This document shows, in pieces, positions 40,158 through 50,545 of a stretch of 64,000 nt of DNA (positions are counted from its first letter, which is position 1; each line of letters opens with the position of its first letter). The stretch spans positions 160,001 to 224,000 of the forward strand of contig JBCBZJ010000004.1 of the NCBI GenBank assembly GCA_039815375.1, in the 5' to 3' direction. The position numbers and the translations under genes are program-made. Under the pieces are notes generated by a model. It saw only the letters and a program-made list of their open reading frames with translations, was not told the origin of the DNA and ran no database searches. Origin of the DNA: Verrucomicrobiota bacterium (GTDB lineage: Bacteria; Verrucomicrobiota; Verrucomicrobiia; Opitutales; Coraliomargaritaceae).

Positions 40158-40691
40158 TTACTCACAAATTAGAGGCAGCTCGACTCCCTCGCTACTCAGA
40201 ATAGCTTGCTTGATACCTACGCCCCAACGATAGCCACCCAAACTTCCATCAGTGCGCAAGACCCGATGACAAGGTACAAGAAATGAGACCGGATTTGAAC
40301 CAATCGCGGTGCCGACTGCACGGGACGCACGGGGTCGGCCCACTGCTGCCGCAATCTGCGCGTAGGTGCGTGTTTCTCCTCTTGGAATCGCCTGCAATGC
40401 CGACCAAACCTCGGTTTGGAAGGGGGTTCCTTGCAACAAAAGCTCTAACCTCTCTGCCGAATCTGCATTTGGATCAAAGATCCGGCCGACCCATTCTTTA
40501 GCCAACTTCGGTCGATGCACCAGAGGGCCATAAGACCACACGGGTAAAGCCGTTTCACCCTCTGAAACCGGATGAAAACTCAGCCAGGCGACAGACCCGC
40601 AACAGAGCCCGACGACGCAATCGCCAAAGGGCGATACATCGCAGCCATAACAAAGCGTCTTGTCCGACAAGTCATTCAGAGCTTGATGCAC
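40158..40691 (-). CDS. ogt: Methylated-DNA-protein-cysteine methyltransferase
   Basis: GTPFQTEVWSAL, RAVGTA, VPCHRV, GGYRWG. Confidence 0.9.
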   Translation of the reverse strand: MHQALNDLSDKTLCYGCDVSPFGDCVVGLCCGSVAWLSFHPVSEGETALPVWSYGPLVHRPKLAKEWVGRIFDPNADSAERLELLLQGTPFQTEVWSALQAIPRGETRTYAQIAAAVGRPRASRAVGTAIGSNPVSFLVPCHRVLRTDGSLGGYRWGVGIKQAILSSEGVELPLICE

Positions 40692-40780
40692 TCGCTGGAG
40701 ATCTCACTCTGAGGGGTTTCAGGCGAGATTTTTCGCCTGTATTTGAACAACTTTTTACAAAAGCAGACTATTTTTGAGTA

Positions 40781-41797
40781 ATGGAGGACATCCCTAGCAT
40801 TCGCGTTCAGAACTTAACGCGACAATTTGGTGCCGTCAAAGCGATCGAGAATGTGAACTTCACTGTCGAGCGTGGTGAGGTCGTCGGATTTCTGGGGCCG
40901 AATGGTGCGGGCAAAAGCACAACCATGCGTATCCTCTCCGGCATTCTCACAGCCAGCTCGGGTTCCGCTTGGGTCGGTGGTGTCTGCGTCGCGCAGCACC
41001 CGCACGAGGTGAAACGGAAAATTGGCTACATGCCCGAGAACAATCCGCTGCCGGACGACATGCGCGTGGTTGAATACCTGCGCTTCCGTGGCCGCCTCAA
41101 GGGAGTTCCAGGCTCCAAGCTTCGCGAATCTGTGCAGGAAGCCATGGAAATCTGTGATCTTGCCCGGACCGCACGGCGTAAAATCATCGGCACACTCTCC
41201 AAGGGCTTCCGCCAACGCGTCGGTATCGCCGATGCACTTCTGGGTAGACCCGAGCTCATCATCATGGATGAGCCGACCATCGGTCTCGATCCACACCAGA
41301 TTCAAGGTATCCGTAAGTTGATCGACAGCCTGCGTGGTAAGCACACCGTCATCCTATCGAGCCACATTCTTCCCGAAATCGAACGCTGCTGCGACCGAGT
41401 CATCATTATTAACCGTGGCCGAATCGTTGCCGCCGGCACCAGTGTAGAGCTCCGCGACGAATTCCTCCCGGGCAATCGTTTTGAAATACAGGTCAGCGGG
41501 AGTGGAGAAGCTGTCATCCTTGCCTTGTCTGAATCAGGGATCGATGCTGCAGTTATCGATAGTGAAAAGACATCTGAAAACAGTGCCAAGCTACTCCTTC
41601 GGATCGAAGGGCAGGACGCATTTGGCAGTCGCCTGATCCAAAGCCTAAGCAAGCAGGATTCTTTTGAACTACTCAGTTTGGCCCCTTTCGATCCAACACT
41701 CGAAGAAATTTTCCTCGCAGCCACAAAACGCTCATGGGAAGAAACGATCGAAACAAAACCACAAAAGGAAGAAGCGGTGGCTGCCGCGACAGGTTGA
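40781..41797 (+). CDS. ABC-2 type transporter ATP-binding protein (GldA-like)
   Basis: GPNGAGKST, LSKGFRQR, MDEPT, SSHILPE. Confidence 0.94.
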   Translation: MEDIPSIRVQNLTRQFGAVKAIENVNFTVERGEVVGFLGPNGAGKSTTMRILSGILTASSGSAWVGGVCVAQHPHEVKRKIGYMPENNPLPDDMRVVEYLRFRGRLKGVPGSKLRESVQEAMEICDLARTARRKIIGTLSKGFRQRVGIADALLGRPELIIMDEPTIGLDPHQIQGIRKLIDSLRGKHTVILSSHILPEIERCCDRVIIINRGRIVAAGTSVELRDEFLPGNRFEIQVSGSGEAVILALSESGIDAAVIDSEKTSENSAKLLLRIEGQDAFGSRLIQSLSKQDSFELLSLAPFDPTLEEIFLAATKRSWEETIETKPQKEEAVAAATG

Positions 41798-41799
41798 GG

Positions 41800-42564
41800 A
41801 TGCGACATTTTCTAACTCTACTCAAACATGAGCTACGCATGCTTATGATCAGCCCTTCCACCTATGTGGCGGGTGTATTGTTTCTCTGTCTTATGGGCTT
41901 CCTTTACTGGGCAATTCTGCGAAGCATGGTCAATGCACCCTCGGAGACCCTGCCGACCGTTCAATTTTTCAGCATCTTCTGGATACCGGTTTTCTTTGTC
42001 GTGCCACTGCTAACGATGCGCAGTATTGCAGGTGAACGAAGCATCGGGACCCTGGACACACTCATGACCACGCCCACTTCGAGAGTCGCAGTCATTTTGA
42101 GCAAATTCGCGGGCGCGTATTTATTTTATATGCTGCTGTGGGCTCTGACACTCGGATTCCCACTTATTACCCAAGAGCTTTTCCCTCAGGCATCCGATAC
42201 CGGTGCTTTGATGGACAGTGCCTCAATCCTGGGAAGCTTCCTTTTCCTCGCGACCAGCGGTATCCTTTTCATCTCGATCGGCATATTCTCCAGCAGTGTA
42301 ACGCGGAGCCAGCTCGTCGCCGGCATGCTTTGTTTCACTACGCTTTTCGTCGTCATCGTTGGAGGTCAGCAACTTGGTAATTTGTCTTTCAACGCAGACG
42401 ATATGGTCGGCTGGCTGGAAGCCACCGTCAGCTACCTTCAAATCTTCCAGCACCTCGATGACTTTTCACGGGGTATCGTGGATACACGCCCATTCTTCTA
42501 CTACACCAGCACGGGCGCCCTCCTATTGGGCCTTTCTATTCTCGTGATTGAAGCAAAAGCATGA
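41800..42564 (+). CDS. ABC-2 transporter permease (GldF-like)
   Basis: PLLTMRSIAGERSIGTLDTLMTTP, FSSSVTRSQLVA, HLDDFSRG. Confidence 0.88.
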   Translation: MRHFLTLLKHELRMLMISPSTYVAGVLFLCLMGFLYWAILRSMVNAPSETLPTVQFFSIFWIPVFFVVPLLTMRSIAGERSIGTLDTLMTTPTSRVAVILSKFAGAYLFYMLLWALTLGFPLITQELFPQASDTGALMDSASILGSFLFLATSGILFISIGIFSSSVTRSQLVAGMLCFTTLFVVIVGGQQLGNLSFNADDMVGWLEATVSYLQIFQHLDDFSRGIVDTRPFFYYTSTGALLLGLSILVIEAKA

Positions 42565-44048
42565 TGCAAGACGGTCGGTTCAGTGAGTTTCGCAATGCCC
42601 GACGCTTTAGGGCAATCAATCGATCGGTTCAGATACTGTTGGGGCTCGGCCTGATCATTGCATTGAACTATCTCGCTGCGAAGTATTTCCAGCGCATCGA
42701 CCTGACTCAGGCAGGTAGCTACACCCTTGCACCGGAATCCAAAGCTTACATACGGGAACTGCAGGAGCCGGTAGAGATCATCATCACGATTCCAAATAAT
42801 CCTGATGTTCCCGAGCTCGTGCAGATTCACCAGCACTTAGCGAAACTGCTCCGCGAATATGAAGCGATGGGCATGCAGGACGGCAGGCACATGGTGAAAA
42901 TTGAATTCGTCGATATCTATCGTCAGCGAAAGCGTGCACAGGAGCTCGCCAGCACATACAAACTCACTCAAGAGAATATCATACTCGTCGCACAGGGCGC
43001 CCGGACCAAAGAGATCCGGCAGGCTGATCTCTATGAAATTGAGAATGAGGAAATAGCTGGCTTCCGTGGCGAGAAAGCCATCACCTCGGCAATCATTGAT
43101 GTCGCTTCCAACGATGAGGATAAGATCTACTTTCTGGTCGGGCACGGAGAGATGCGGCTCGACGACGTCAATCCACTTCGTGGCCTCTCTGAACTGGAGA
43201 GTTTTCTACGAGAGCGCAACTACACGCTCGCAACACTCGATCTAGCTGTCGATGCAGTCGTACCGGAGGATGCGGATGTCGTCGTGATCCCTTCTCCGCA
43301 AGCCAGCTTGCTACCGGAGGAAGTCGAAAAGCTTCGCCGCTACATGACCGAGCAGAACGGCAAGATGATCGTGCTGCTGGATCCAGGACGCCGTCATGGT
43401 ATGGAAGACTTGTTCTATGATTGGGGTGTCTTGGTTGACGACATGGCTGTCGAGGACGATGGCCCCGACTTTCGCTCGCAGGGCGGCGACCTCATCATCC
43501 GTCGCTTTGCCGAACACCCGATCACAAAACTTTTGGTAGATTACCAGATCACTGCACTCTTCGGAAAACCAAGACCCGTTCGCACTGATCCTGCTTCACT
43601 CAATGATGAGCGATTAACCGTGACTCAGTTTGTGGGCACATCGGAAGAAAGCTGGGGCGAACGGGATTTCCGGTCCCAGGGAGAACCGGTCTACGATGCC
43701 GCCCGAGACTTGCGTGGCCCGGTCAGTATCGCTACCGCCTCAACCCGTAGTGCAGGTTCGCAATTGGGTATAAACATACCCGGCGGACGTCTGGTCGTTT
43801 TCGGTAACTCCGATTTTATTGCCAACAACCGTCTGCGTGCCTTTGGCAACCGCACGCTTTTCTTTAACTCGGTCAATTGGGCTCTCACCAAGAATAGTTT
43901 ACTTAATATAGCAACCCGACCACTCGAAAGCTATCAAATCGTGATGAGTGAGCGTGACCTGAACCGAGCACTGGTCTACTTTGCTATCATGCCCTCCGGA
44001 ACCGCGGTTTTCGGCCTTCTAATCTTCCTGGTCCGCCGCCGCCAATAA
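42561..44048 (+). CDS. GldG family ABC auxiliary protein
   Basis: RIDLT..YTLAPES, IYFLVGHGE, LVVFGNSDF..N, N- and C-terminal TM. Confidence 0.88.
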   Translation: MMQDGRFSEFRNARRFRAINRSVQILLGLGLIIALNYLAAKYFQRIDLTQAGSYTLAPESKAYIRELQEPVEIIITIPNNPDVPELVQIHQHLAKLLREYEAMGMQDGRHMVKIEFVDIYRQRKRAQELASTYKLTQENIILVAQGARTKEIRQADLYEIENEEIAGFRGEKAITSAIIDVASNDEDKIYFLVGHGEMRLDDVNPLRGLSELESFLRERNYTLATLDLAVDAVVPEDADVVVIPSPQASLLPEEVEKLRRYMTEQNGKMIVLLDPGRRHGMEDLFYDWGVLVDDMAVEDDGPDFRSQGGDLIIRRFAEHPITKLLVDYQITALFGKPRPVRTDPASLNDERLTVTQFVGTSEESWGERDFRSQGEPVYDAARDLRGPVSIATASTRSAGSQLGINIPGGRLVVFGNSDFIANNRLRAFGNRTLFFNSVNWALTKNSLLNIATRPLESYQIVMSERDLNRALVYFAIMPSGTAVFGLLIFLVRRRQ

Positions 44049-44052
44049 CCTG

Positions 44053-46002
44053 ATGCGCTTCAAATTCACAATCTTTCTGGTCGTTCTGAACATCATTGTT
44101 TTTGGTCTCATCACCTACCTTAACAAGAGCGCAGAACAGCTCGACGATTCCATGGGTGGGCTTTCCGGACAAATCGGACGTGAGCTTGTTGAAGCAGACC
44201 AGATCGAGCTTCGCGGCAGTATGTCTGCTGAAAATTGGGTATTGCAAAGGGAGGGCTCGAACTGGCGTATCACTGAGCCGATACAGTGGGCGGCAAACTA
44301 CTTCGCCGTAAGTCGCATCCTGAATCAGCTCCAATTTATTGAGGAACAAGCGAGCTTCACGGTCGATGAAATCGCAAAATCCGGACAAACACTTGCGGAC
44401 TACGGACTGAAAGAACCAAGCCTTGAATTGATTATATCCGAGGGCGACGAATCACTCAAGCTGAGCATCGGCACAACCACTGAAATCGGAAACAACGTTT
44501 ATATGCTCGGCCCGGACCAAGAGCAGATTTTCGTGGTCAGCCGCAGAGTGCGAGATGGCCTTCTCGTTAATTTGGATGATCTGAAAAACCGAGAAATTTT
44601 CGACATACCTGTATTCGAAATTCAAGAGTTGAGCCTGCAGATCAACTCTTCGACGACTAGCAGCAATGGAGACCTCAAAGTTCGCCTCGCCAATACGGCC
44701 GGGAATTGGCGCTTTGAAACCCCTCTTGCCGCAGAAGCCGACCCAGCTCTCGTCTCCAATACCATTAATACCCTCGCTGCCGTTAAGGTGGGGCGATTTC
44801 TGGAGCCGGATGCAGGAGACCCGGTCACCCAAGGACTGGAGAACCCATTCATGCGTGTTACACTCCACGGTAATAAACGCCGCCAGACACTTTATATCGG
44901 AAACAAAGATCCATTTGCATCAGAGGGGCAGGCTCAATATTTTGCACGCTTTCAAGACAACCCCGCAGTCTTTACCGTAGAAGCAACACCCTTTGAGGAG
45001 TTAATGGAGGCTCAGGAATCGCTCCGTGAAAGAAATTTCATGGCTTTTGAGAGTGATGACTTGAACACGATTCACATTGCCGAAAACGGACGCCAGATAC
45101 GTCTACAAAAAATTGAAACCGGCGACTGGCAGGTCCTCGAAAGCACGGGAGACAGCGACGTTCAACCACGCAGAGCAGACCCAATTGTTATGCAAAAGAT
45201 TATCACCGACTTGCAGGATCTCAGAGCCAAGACTTTCGCATTGGATGCCCCAACCGGTGTTGATCTGGAGATTTATGGATTCAATCAACCCAGACGAGCT
45301 GTAACGCTCTACTTCGATAACAAACAGCCGCTTTTACTAGAACTCGCTCATCCTGGAGACGAGAATCTAAAGCTTTATGCACGCACCGGCCAGAATGATT
45401 TCATCTATGAAGTCGAACGGCGCCCTTCGCTCCAGCTGCTACCGCTAAACGCCCTGCATTATCGCAATCGAACGATTGATAAATTACCCCAAGCTGCCGT
45501 TATTCGATCCCTGACTCTGAAAAATCTACAGACAGACGAGCAAATCTTCGAATACCAGCTGGAAGAAGGCGGCATATGGGAAGCAAAGCTTGCCGACCTC
45601 GATGCCAAGACTGCTAAATCCATCAATACACTACTTAAAACCGTTCGCTCATTCGAGGTGGAAACGTATTTGTATAACCAATACAGCGATGCCTATCGAG
45701 TAGACTCCGAAAAAGAGTTACCCTGGGCCTTTAGTCTCGATGCAGAGATACTTCTGCCCGGTGGCGATGATCAACAAATACGGCGCATCCAATATGTTTT
45801 CACCGAACGGCTTTCCGGCACGGTACAAGTCGGCGGATCCAAAACTCACAATACCGTCTTCCAACTGACGCAGAAATCAATCGATGCACTCTACGACCTG
45901 ACTGACACAATGAAGCTACCTCCTGAGTCGTTAGGTGAACCCGTTCCCGACCCGGAAAGCATTGCGCCTGTTCCAGAACCTGAACCGCCATCCGACGGAT
46001 AA
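44053..46002 (+). CDS. DUF4340-like periplasmic protein
   Basis: N-terminal anchor; three repeats of W-R/Q...A-D...YGL/GL..P pattern; follows the GldG-like gene. Confidence 0.75.
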   Translation: MRFKFTIFLVVLNIIVFGLITYLNKSAEQLDDSMGGLSGQIGRELVEADQIELRGSMSAENWVLQREGSNWRITEPIQWAANYFAVSRILNQLQFIEEQASFTVDEIAKSGQTLADYGLKEPSLELIISEGDESLKLSIGTTTEIGNNVYMLGPDQEQIFVVSRRVRDGLLVNLDDLKNREIFDIPVFEIQELSLQINSSTTSSNGDLKVRLANTAGNWRFETPLAAEADPALVSNTINTLAAVKVGRFLEPDAGDPVTQGLENPFMRVTLHGNKRRQTLYIGNKDPFASEGQAQYFARFQDNPAVFTVEATPFEELMEAQESLRERNFMAFESDDLNTIHIAENGRQIRLQKIETGDWQVLESTGDSDVQPRRADPIVMQKIITDLQDLRAKTFALDAPTGVDLEIYGFNQPRRAVTLYFDNKQPLLLELAHPGDENLKLYARTGQNDFIYEVERRPSLQLLPLNALHYRNRTIDKLPQAAVIRSLTLKNLQTDEQIFEYQLEEGGIWEAKLADLDAKTAKSINTLLKTVRSFEVETYLYNQYSDAYRVDSEKELPWAFSLDAEILLPGGDDQQIRRIQYVFTERLSGTVQVGGSKTHNTVFQLTQKSIDALYDLTDTMKLPPESLGEPVPDPESIAPVPEPEPPSDG

Positions 46003-46005
46003 GCA

Positions 46006-48699
46006 ATGCCTGCCAGCGGAAAAGCCCGGGCTCAAGTATTTGTCGAAATTTTCCTCGATGCGGCCTTGCTGGTTCTGTTTGTCGGGCAAGCGTTTCTACT
46101 TTCTTGCCTACTGCTTTTTGGCCACATTCCACTGCCAACTTCCTGGACGAGTAAAATAGTCAGTCGGCAGTTGCCTGCGGACCTTACATTGGATGCTGGC
46201 AGCTATAACCTTACATTGGACGGCACAATTGAAATTGACAGCCTTTCCCTACACGCGAATGGCTTTAGCCAAGCCATTTTTGTTGCTGATGGCGCAATCG
46301 TAAGCCTTGGCGGCTGGTCGAATCTCAAACCAGGTCTGGAGGAGCTGGTTCTCTCCAATGGAGAGCTTAAACTGCCGGCAGTTTACTCACCCAGTGGGCA
46401 GAACGAGAGCATGCTTGAGCGCATCGCGTTTAGCCTCGGATATGAGGACGGGATGATTCAGATCGAGTCTTTTGCGGCATTGCATCAGGATATTCGGTTG
46501 CGAGGCAGCTTTGAATGGCCCTTTTCCATGGAAGGCGGTGGCAGTGGCGATATCGATGATGAATCAGAGCCATTCATCAACGGCTTCTTTGAACAAGCCG
46601 CCTTCATCATAAAGCAAAAGTCCCGTATCGAAGGCCTGAATCAACCAACCTTGCTATTTCAAATTGCAGGAAACGAAGACAACTCCTTCAAGATCCAAAC
46701 CACGATCGGTAGTCGTGAGCTAAAGCTACCTGGACTCGAAGCAAGGAACATCACCCTCGATGCAGACTTGATAATGAGTGGCGCTAGTCTGGTAAACCGA
46801 TCCTCGCTCCTGTTTGAAGCTGACTACATTGAGATACCCGAATACGATATTCAAGCTCAGGCGATTCAAGCTCTAATCGACAGTGAGGAATGGGAGGCAC
46901 TGCTACAAGGCGATTGGCCAAATATGGAGATTGCGGCTCGCCAGTTAAGCTTCGATAAAATCGAACTCGATTCGCCCCAGATCACCGTGGCGCCACAAGC
47001 TTTCCAAGAAGTAAATTTCCGGGGAACCACCAGCGGGCTGGATGGAGTCATTGAGTTTTCCGGTGGATTGAATATAAAAACGCGAAGCGCAAGAGTGAGA
47101 GCTGCCGGCAGTGTAGATCTCTTATCCATCGCCGGTGAAAAGACAACTGCCCAACTCCCGCCGATAGAGTTGTCGAGTGCGCCCTACTATAACCTATCAT
47201 TGCAATTCGGAGAGGGCTTTGCCCTGGAGTCGGCCCGATTAAAAGCGCGAATCGATGATCTAGACATAAAAGGTATTCCGTTTGGCCATATTCGAGTAGA
47301 AGGCAGTTTCTCGAATGGCGTCTATGATATCGAAAATCTATACTTACGTCGTGATTGGCAATGGCTGAATCTCGGTTTCAATTTAGATAGCTCGACCCAC
47401 GACTACCGAGTACGTCTTGTCGGTTTTGCAAAACCATATGATTACAACGACATATTACCTCACTGGTGGGCCGGGATTTTTCGCGATTTCAGCTTTGAGG
47501 AAATCGAAAGCGGCCTTGGAGATTTTATTATTTATGGGAACACCCGAAAAAGAGCTGCCGACCTCTTCTTCGGGCATGCCCGGGCAACCAAGGTAAGCTA
47601 CAAGGACGTGATGATCGATGAGGGCGAACTCATCGTTAGAGGCCGAGGCCCGTATGCCGAGGTGCATCGTCTGAATGGGCGAAGTGGAAAAGGCTATGCC
47701 CGTGGTGATATACGATTCGCATCGCGTCTGGACTATATACGAGGGCCCATGTCGCTGCGCATGGACCTCGAGACCAAGCTTCCTCTCAATGACGCACAAA
47801 AACTGTTTGATGAGAACATCGCCGGGATCATCGCAGATTTTTCAACGGACGCACTTCCGGAAACCAGATTGCAGGGAGCCATTTTCAATAAGGCCTATCA
47901 GGAATATACCGGCAAGAGCTACATTGATTTATCAGCGAGCTGCCCCTCGCCAGTCACTTACAATGGCATCCCACTCGACTCCATTCAATTTGAACTATTT
48001 GGGCGCAACCAGATTACATATCTTAGAAATATGAGAATCGGCTATGCCGATGGTGATGGAGTCGCACAGGTTGATATTCTAACTCCTGAGGGGAGCGATG
48101 CTCAGGCGCGCTTCAGCTTTGAGCTAAGCGGCGCCGATCAGGCAAAAACCATTCAAGCTCTCAATAGCCTGGATGACGAACCTGAAGCTAGAGAGGAGCT
48201 AGATGAGGTAAAGGACTCCGAGGGAGTCATCGCACTAAGACTCAATGCGAAAGGTCCTGTTGACGACCCTCTACAGTTCCAAGGATATGGCGAATTTAGC
48301 ATTTTTAACAAAGCGCTGTCTTCTATCGATCTTTTCGGGCCGCTTTCCAGGCTGCTGAAGAACACACGGCTGGGTTTCACATCCTTTGCACTACAAGAAA
48401 TGGATGGTGAATTTAATCTGCAGGAGAATATCATAGAGTTCACAAAACTCGAAATCAATGGTCCGAGGACTAAGATTGAAGCACCTGGAACCCTTCAGCT
48501 TGAAAACCTTACGCTAGCGATGCGCGTCAGTGTCTATCTCTTTGGAAACGCAGGTAACCCGAACTCAACCATAAGAAGAATCAGTGATATGATTACAAAG
48601 CCGATTCCAAATCTACTCGAGTTTGAACTCAGCGGCACGCCCGACAGCCAAAAGTGGCGCTCACTTTACGATCCGCGCAAACTGATCCCGCAGTTTTGA
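46006..48699 (+). CDS. AsmA-like (bridge-like beta-groove) envelope protein
   Basis: N-terminal TM, long beta-rich body, C-terminal FELSGTPDSQKW resembling the AsmA-like C-terminus. Confidence 0.65.
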   Translation: MPASGKARAQVFVEIFLDAALLVLFVGQAFLLSCLLLFGHIPLPTSWTSKIVSRQLPADLTLDAGSYNLTLDGTIEIDSLSLHANGFSQAIFVADGAIVSLGGWSNLKPGLEELVLSNGELKLPAVYSPSGQNESMLERIAFSLGYEDGMIQIESFAALHQDIRLRGSFEWPFSMEGGGSGDIDDESEPFINGFFEQAAFIIKQKSRIEGLNQPTLLFQIAGNEDNSFKIQTTIGSRELKLPGLEARNITLDADLIMSGASLVNRSSLLFEADYIEIPEYDIQAQAIQALIDSEEWEALLQGDWPNMEIAARQLSFDKIELDSPQITVAPQAFQEVNFRGTTSGLDGVIEFSGGLNIKTRSARVRAAGSVDLLSIAGEKTTAQLPPIELSSAPYYNLSLQFGEGFALESARLKARIDDLDIKGIPFGHIRVEGSFSNGVYDIENLYLRRDWQWLNLGFNLDSSTHDYRVRLVGFAKPYDYNDILPHWWAGIFRDFSFEEIESGLGDFIIYGNTRKRAADLFFGHARATKVSYKDVMIDEGELIVRGRGPYAEVHRLNGRSGKGYARGDIRFASRLDYIRGPMSLRMDLETKLPLNDAQKLFDENIAGIIADFSTDALPETRLQGAIFNKAYQEYTGKSYIDLSASCPSPVTYNGIPLDSIQFELFGRNQITYLRNMRIGYADGDGVAQVDILTPEGSDAQARFSFELSGADQAKTIQALNSLDDEPEAREELDEVKDSEGVIALRLNAKGPVDDPLQFQGYGEFSIFNKALSSIDLFGPLSRLLKNTRLGFTSFALQEMDGEFNLQENIIEFTKLEINGPRTKIEAPGTLQLENLTLAMRVSVYLFGNAGNPNSTIRRISDMITKPIPNLLEFELSGTPDSQKWRSLYDPRKLIPQF

Positions 48700-49658
48700 T
48701 AAACGGCCTGAGCTGCTTCGATTCCTGACAACGCGGCGCCCTCGACCCGAGCTCCCCCGAAAGCGTCACCAGCAAGTGTTAACCTCAGGGCTTGATTCGT
48801 AAATTGCTTCTCATGCCAGGGATTGAGTGGCGTGGTAAAGCCCCAGCGGTGGCAACTGTATTCAATGACTCTGGAGCCAAGATAAGATTTCGCCGCATCA
48901 AGCATGATCGGGCCCCGGAGCTCGTCCGCAGAATCCCAATGCTTTTCTGCAAAGGCTGCATCAGCGTGAATCGTAACCGCACAAACATCAGGCGAAATAC
49001 CCTTGGTCTGGTTGTCTGCGACCCACGCAAGCGGGCTATCCAGAACCTTTGCGAAGCCTTTACCTTCAAGTGCACTTGGACCATCGAGTAACGCGAGGGT
49101 CGCGAGACCTTTGGCATATCGAACGCGGCGCAATGCTGTTTCATCTTCGCCTGCATAAGTGAGACCCGTGGTGTCAAGCAAAGCCAATGCTTGAGGCAGA
49201 GGCGCGGAGACAACCAGATAATGCGCCGTGAACAAGGCGCCACTTTCAGCAGTGGCAACCCATGTATCGATGTTGCGCGAGAGCTCGATGATCCGCTCGC
49301 CGCGCACTGTATCAAGACCTGCAGCCAAGTGTTTCGGCACGTCAGTCATGCCATTCAATCCACAATAACGCGAATAGCCATCCGGATTCGTATCTTCCGG
49401 CGAGTGGCGAAACCATTCCTTGATCACTCCGCTCGAGATCCACTCACTGACGTATGCCTGCAAACGTGAATCACGGACTGTGAAAAACTGTGCGCCATGG
49501 TCAAAACGGCCTGCCCCCATACGGCGCGTCGCCATCCGTCCGCCGAAACCACGCCCCTTGTCGACGACACGAACGGTCAACCCCGCGCGCTGCAGTTCAG
49601 TTGCGCAAAGCAAACCTGAAATGCCGGCACCTATAATGAGAACATCAGCGTGATTCAT
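48666..49658 (-). CDS. Renalase-like NAD(P)/FAD-dependent oxidoreductase
   Basis: IIGAGISG, DKGRGFGGRMATRR, DHGAQFFT, HRW, AGD..GARVEGA..SG. Confidence 0.88.
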   Translation of the reverse strand: MNHADVLIIGAGISGLLCATELQRAGLTVRVVDKGRGFGGRMATRRMGAGRFDHGAQFFTVRDSRLQAYVSEWISSGVIKEWFRHSPEDTNPDGYSRYCGLNGMTDVPKHLAAGLDTVRGERIIELSRNIDTWVATAESGALFTAHYLVVSAPLPQALALLDTTGLTYAGEDETALRRVRYAKGLATLALLDGPSALEGKGFAKVLDSPLAWVADNQTKGISPDVCAVTIHADAAFAEKHWDSADELRGPIMLDAAKSYLGSRVIEYSCHRWGFTTPLNPWHEKQFTNQALRLTLAGDAFGGARVEGAALSGIEAAQAVYQNCGISLRGS

Positions 49659-50545
49659 TCTTTGAGAGTGTTTCTTAATGCGCTTTCGATATCCGGAAAA
49701 TTCCACTGAAAATCGAGAGCCGTGAGTTTTGCAGGAATGACCTTGAGATTGGAAAGGATGGTTTCATTGCCCATTTCTCCGAACAAAGTTTTCACTATTG
49801 CTGTGGGCAAAGGAAAGATCGTCGGGCGCCCCAATACCTTACCAAGTGCTTTTGTGAACTCAGCATTTGTAACTGCCTCAGGGCTAACCGCATTCACTGG
49901 ACCCTCGATCTCACAATCCACAATACAGCGTTCAAAAATGCGAACAAGGTCGTCCAACCCGATCCAGCTCATAATTTGCCTGCCGCTACCAACACGGCCG
50001 CCAAGGCCGGCTTTGAAAGGCGATAGCAGTTTTTTCAAGGCGCCGCCCTCCTTACTCAATACGACTCCAGTTCGGAGAAAGACACACCTTAGACCAGCTT
50101 TTCGAAGCGGATCCGCCGCGCCTTCCCAGCCCTGAGTTACTTTCGCGAGGAATCCGCCCCCCAAAGGCATCGATTCGTCCAGTGCGTCCGGTAAATCCAC
50201 TCCGTAGTAGCTGATACCTGAGGCAGAGATATAATCAATCGCTCGGTTCTGCTTGAGTATCTCACGAACCAGCAAATCCGCACTTTTGACACGACTGTCC
50301 AGAATTCTCGCCTTGGCGGATTCAGTCCATCGCTGGTCTACAGATTCGCCCGCGAGATGCACCACCACATCGATGCCATCCAAAGACCCACTATCGATCT
50401 CGCCGGCTTCGGGATTCCAGCTGATGTCGCCGGAGGAACGGGATAGCCTGCGGACAACATGGCCATTGGCCTGCAGACAGGCACAAAGCGAACGACCAAC
50501 CAGACCGGTGGCACCACTTACCAAAACCGTTTTCTGTTCACTCAT
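49655..50545 (-). CDS. TIGR01777 family NAD-dependent epimerase (YfcH-like)
   Basis: VSGATGLVG, HLAGE, LRTGVVL, GSGRQIMSWI, GPVNAVSP. Confidence 0.92.
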   Translation of the reverse strand: MSEQKTVLVSGATGLVGRSLCACLQANGHVVRRLSRSSGDISWNPEAGEIDSGSLDGIDVVVHLAGESVDQRWTESAKARILDSRVKSADLLVREILKQNRAIDYISASGISYYGVDLPDALDESMPLGGGFLAKVTQGWEGAADPLRKAGLRCVFLRTGVVLSKEGGALKKLLSPFKAGLGGRVGSGRQIMSWIGLDDLVRIFERCIVDCEIEGPVNAVSPEAVTNAEFTKALGKVLGRPTIFPLPTAIVKTLFGEMGNETILSNLKVIPAKLTALDFQWNFPDIESALRNTLKE

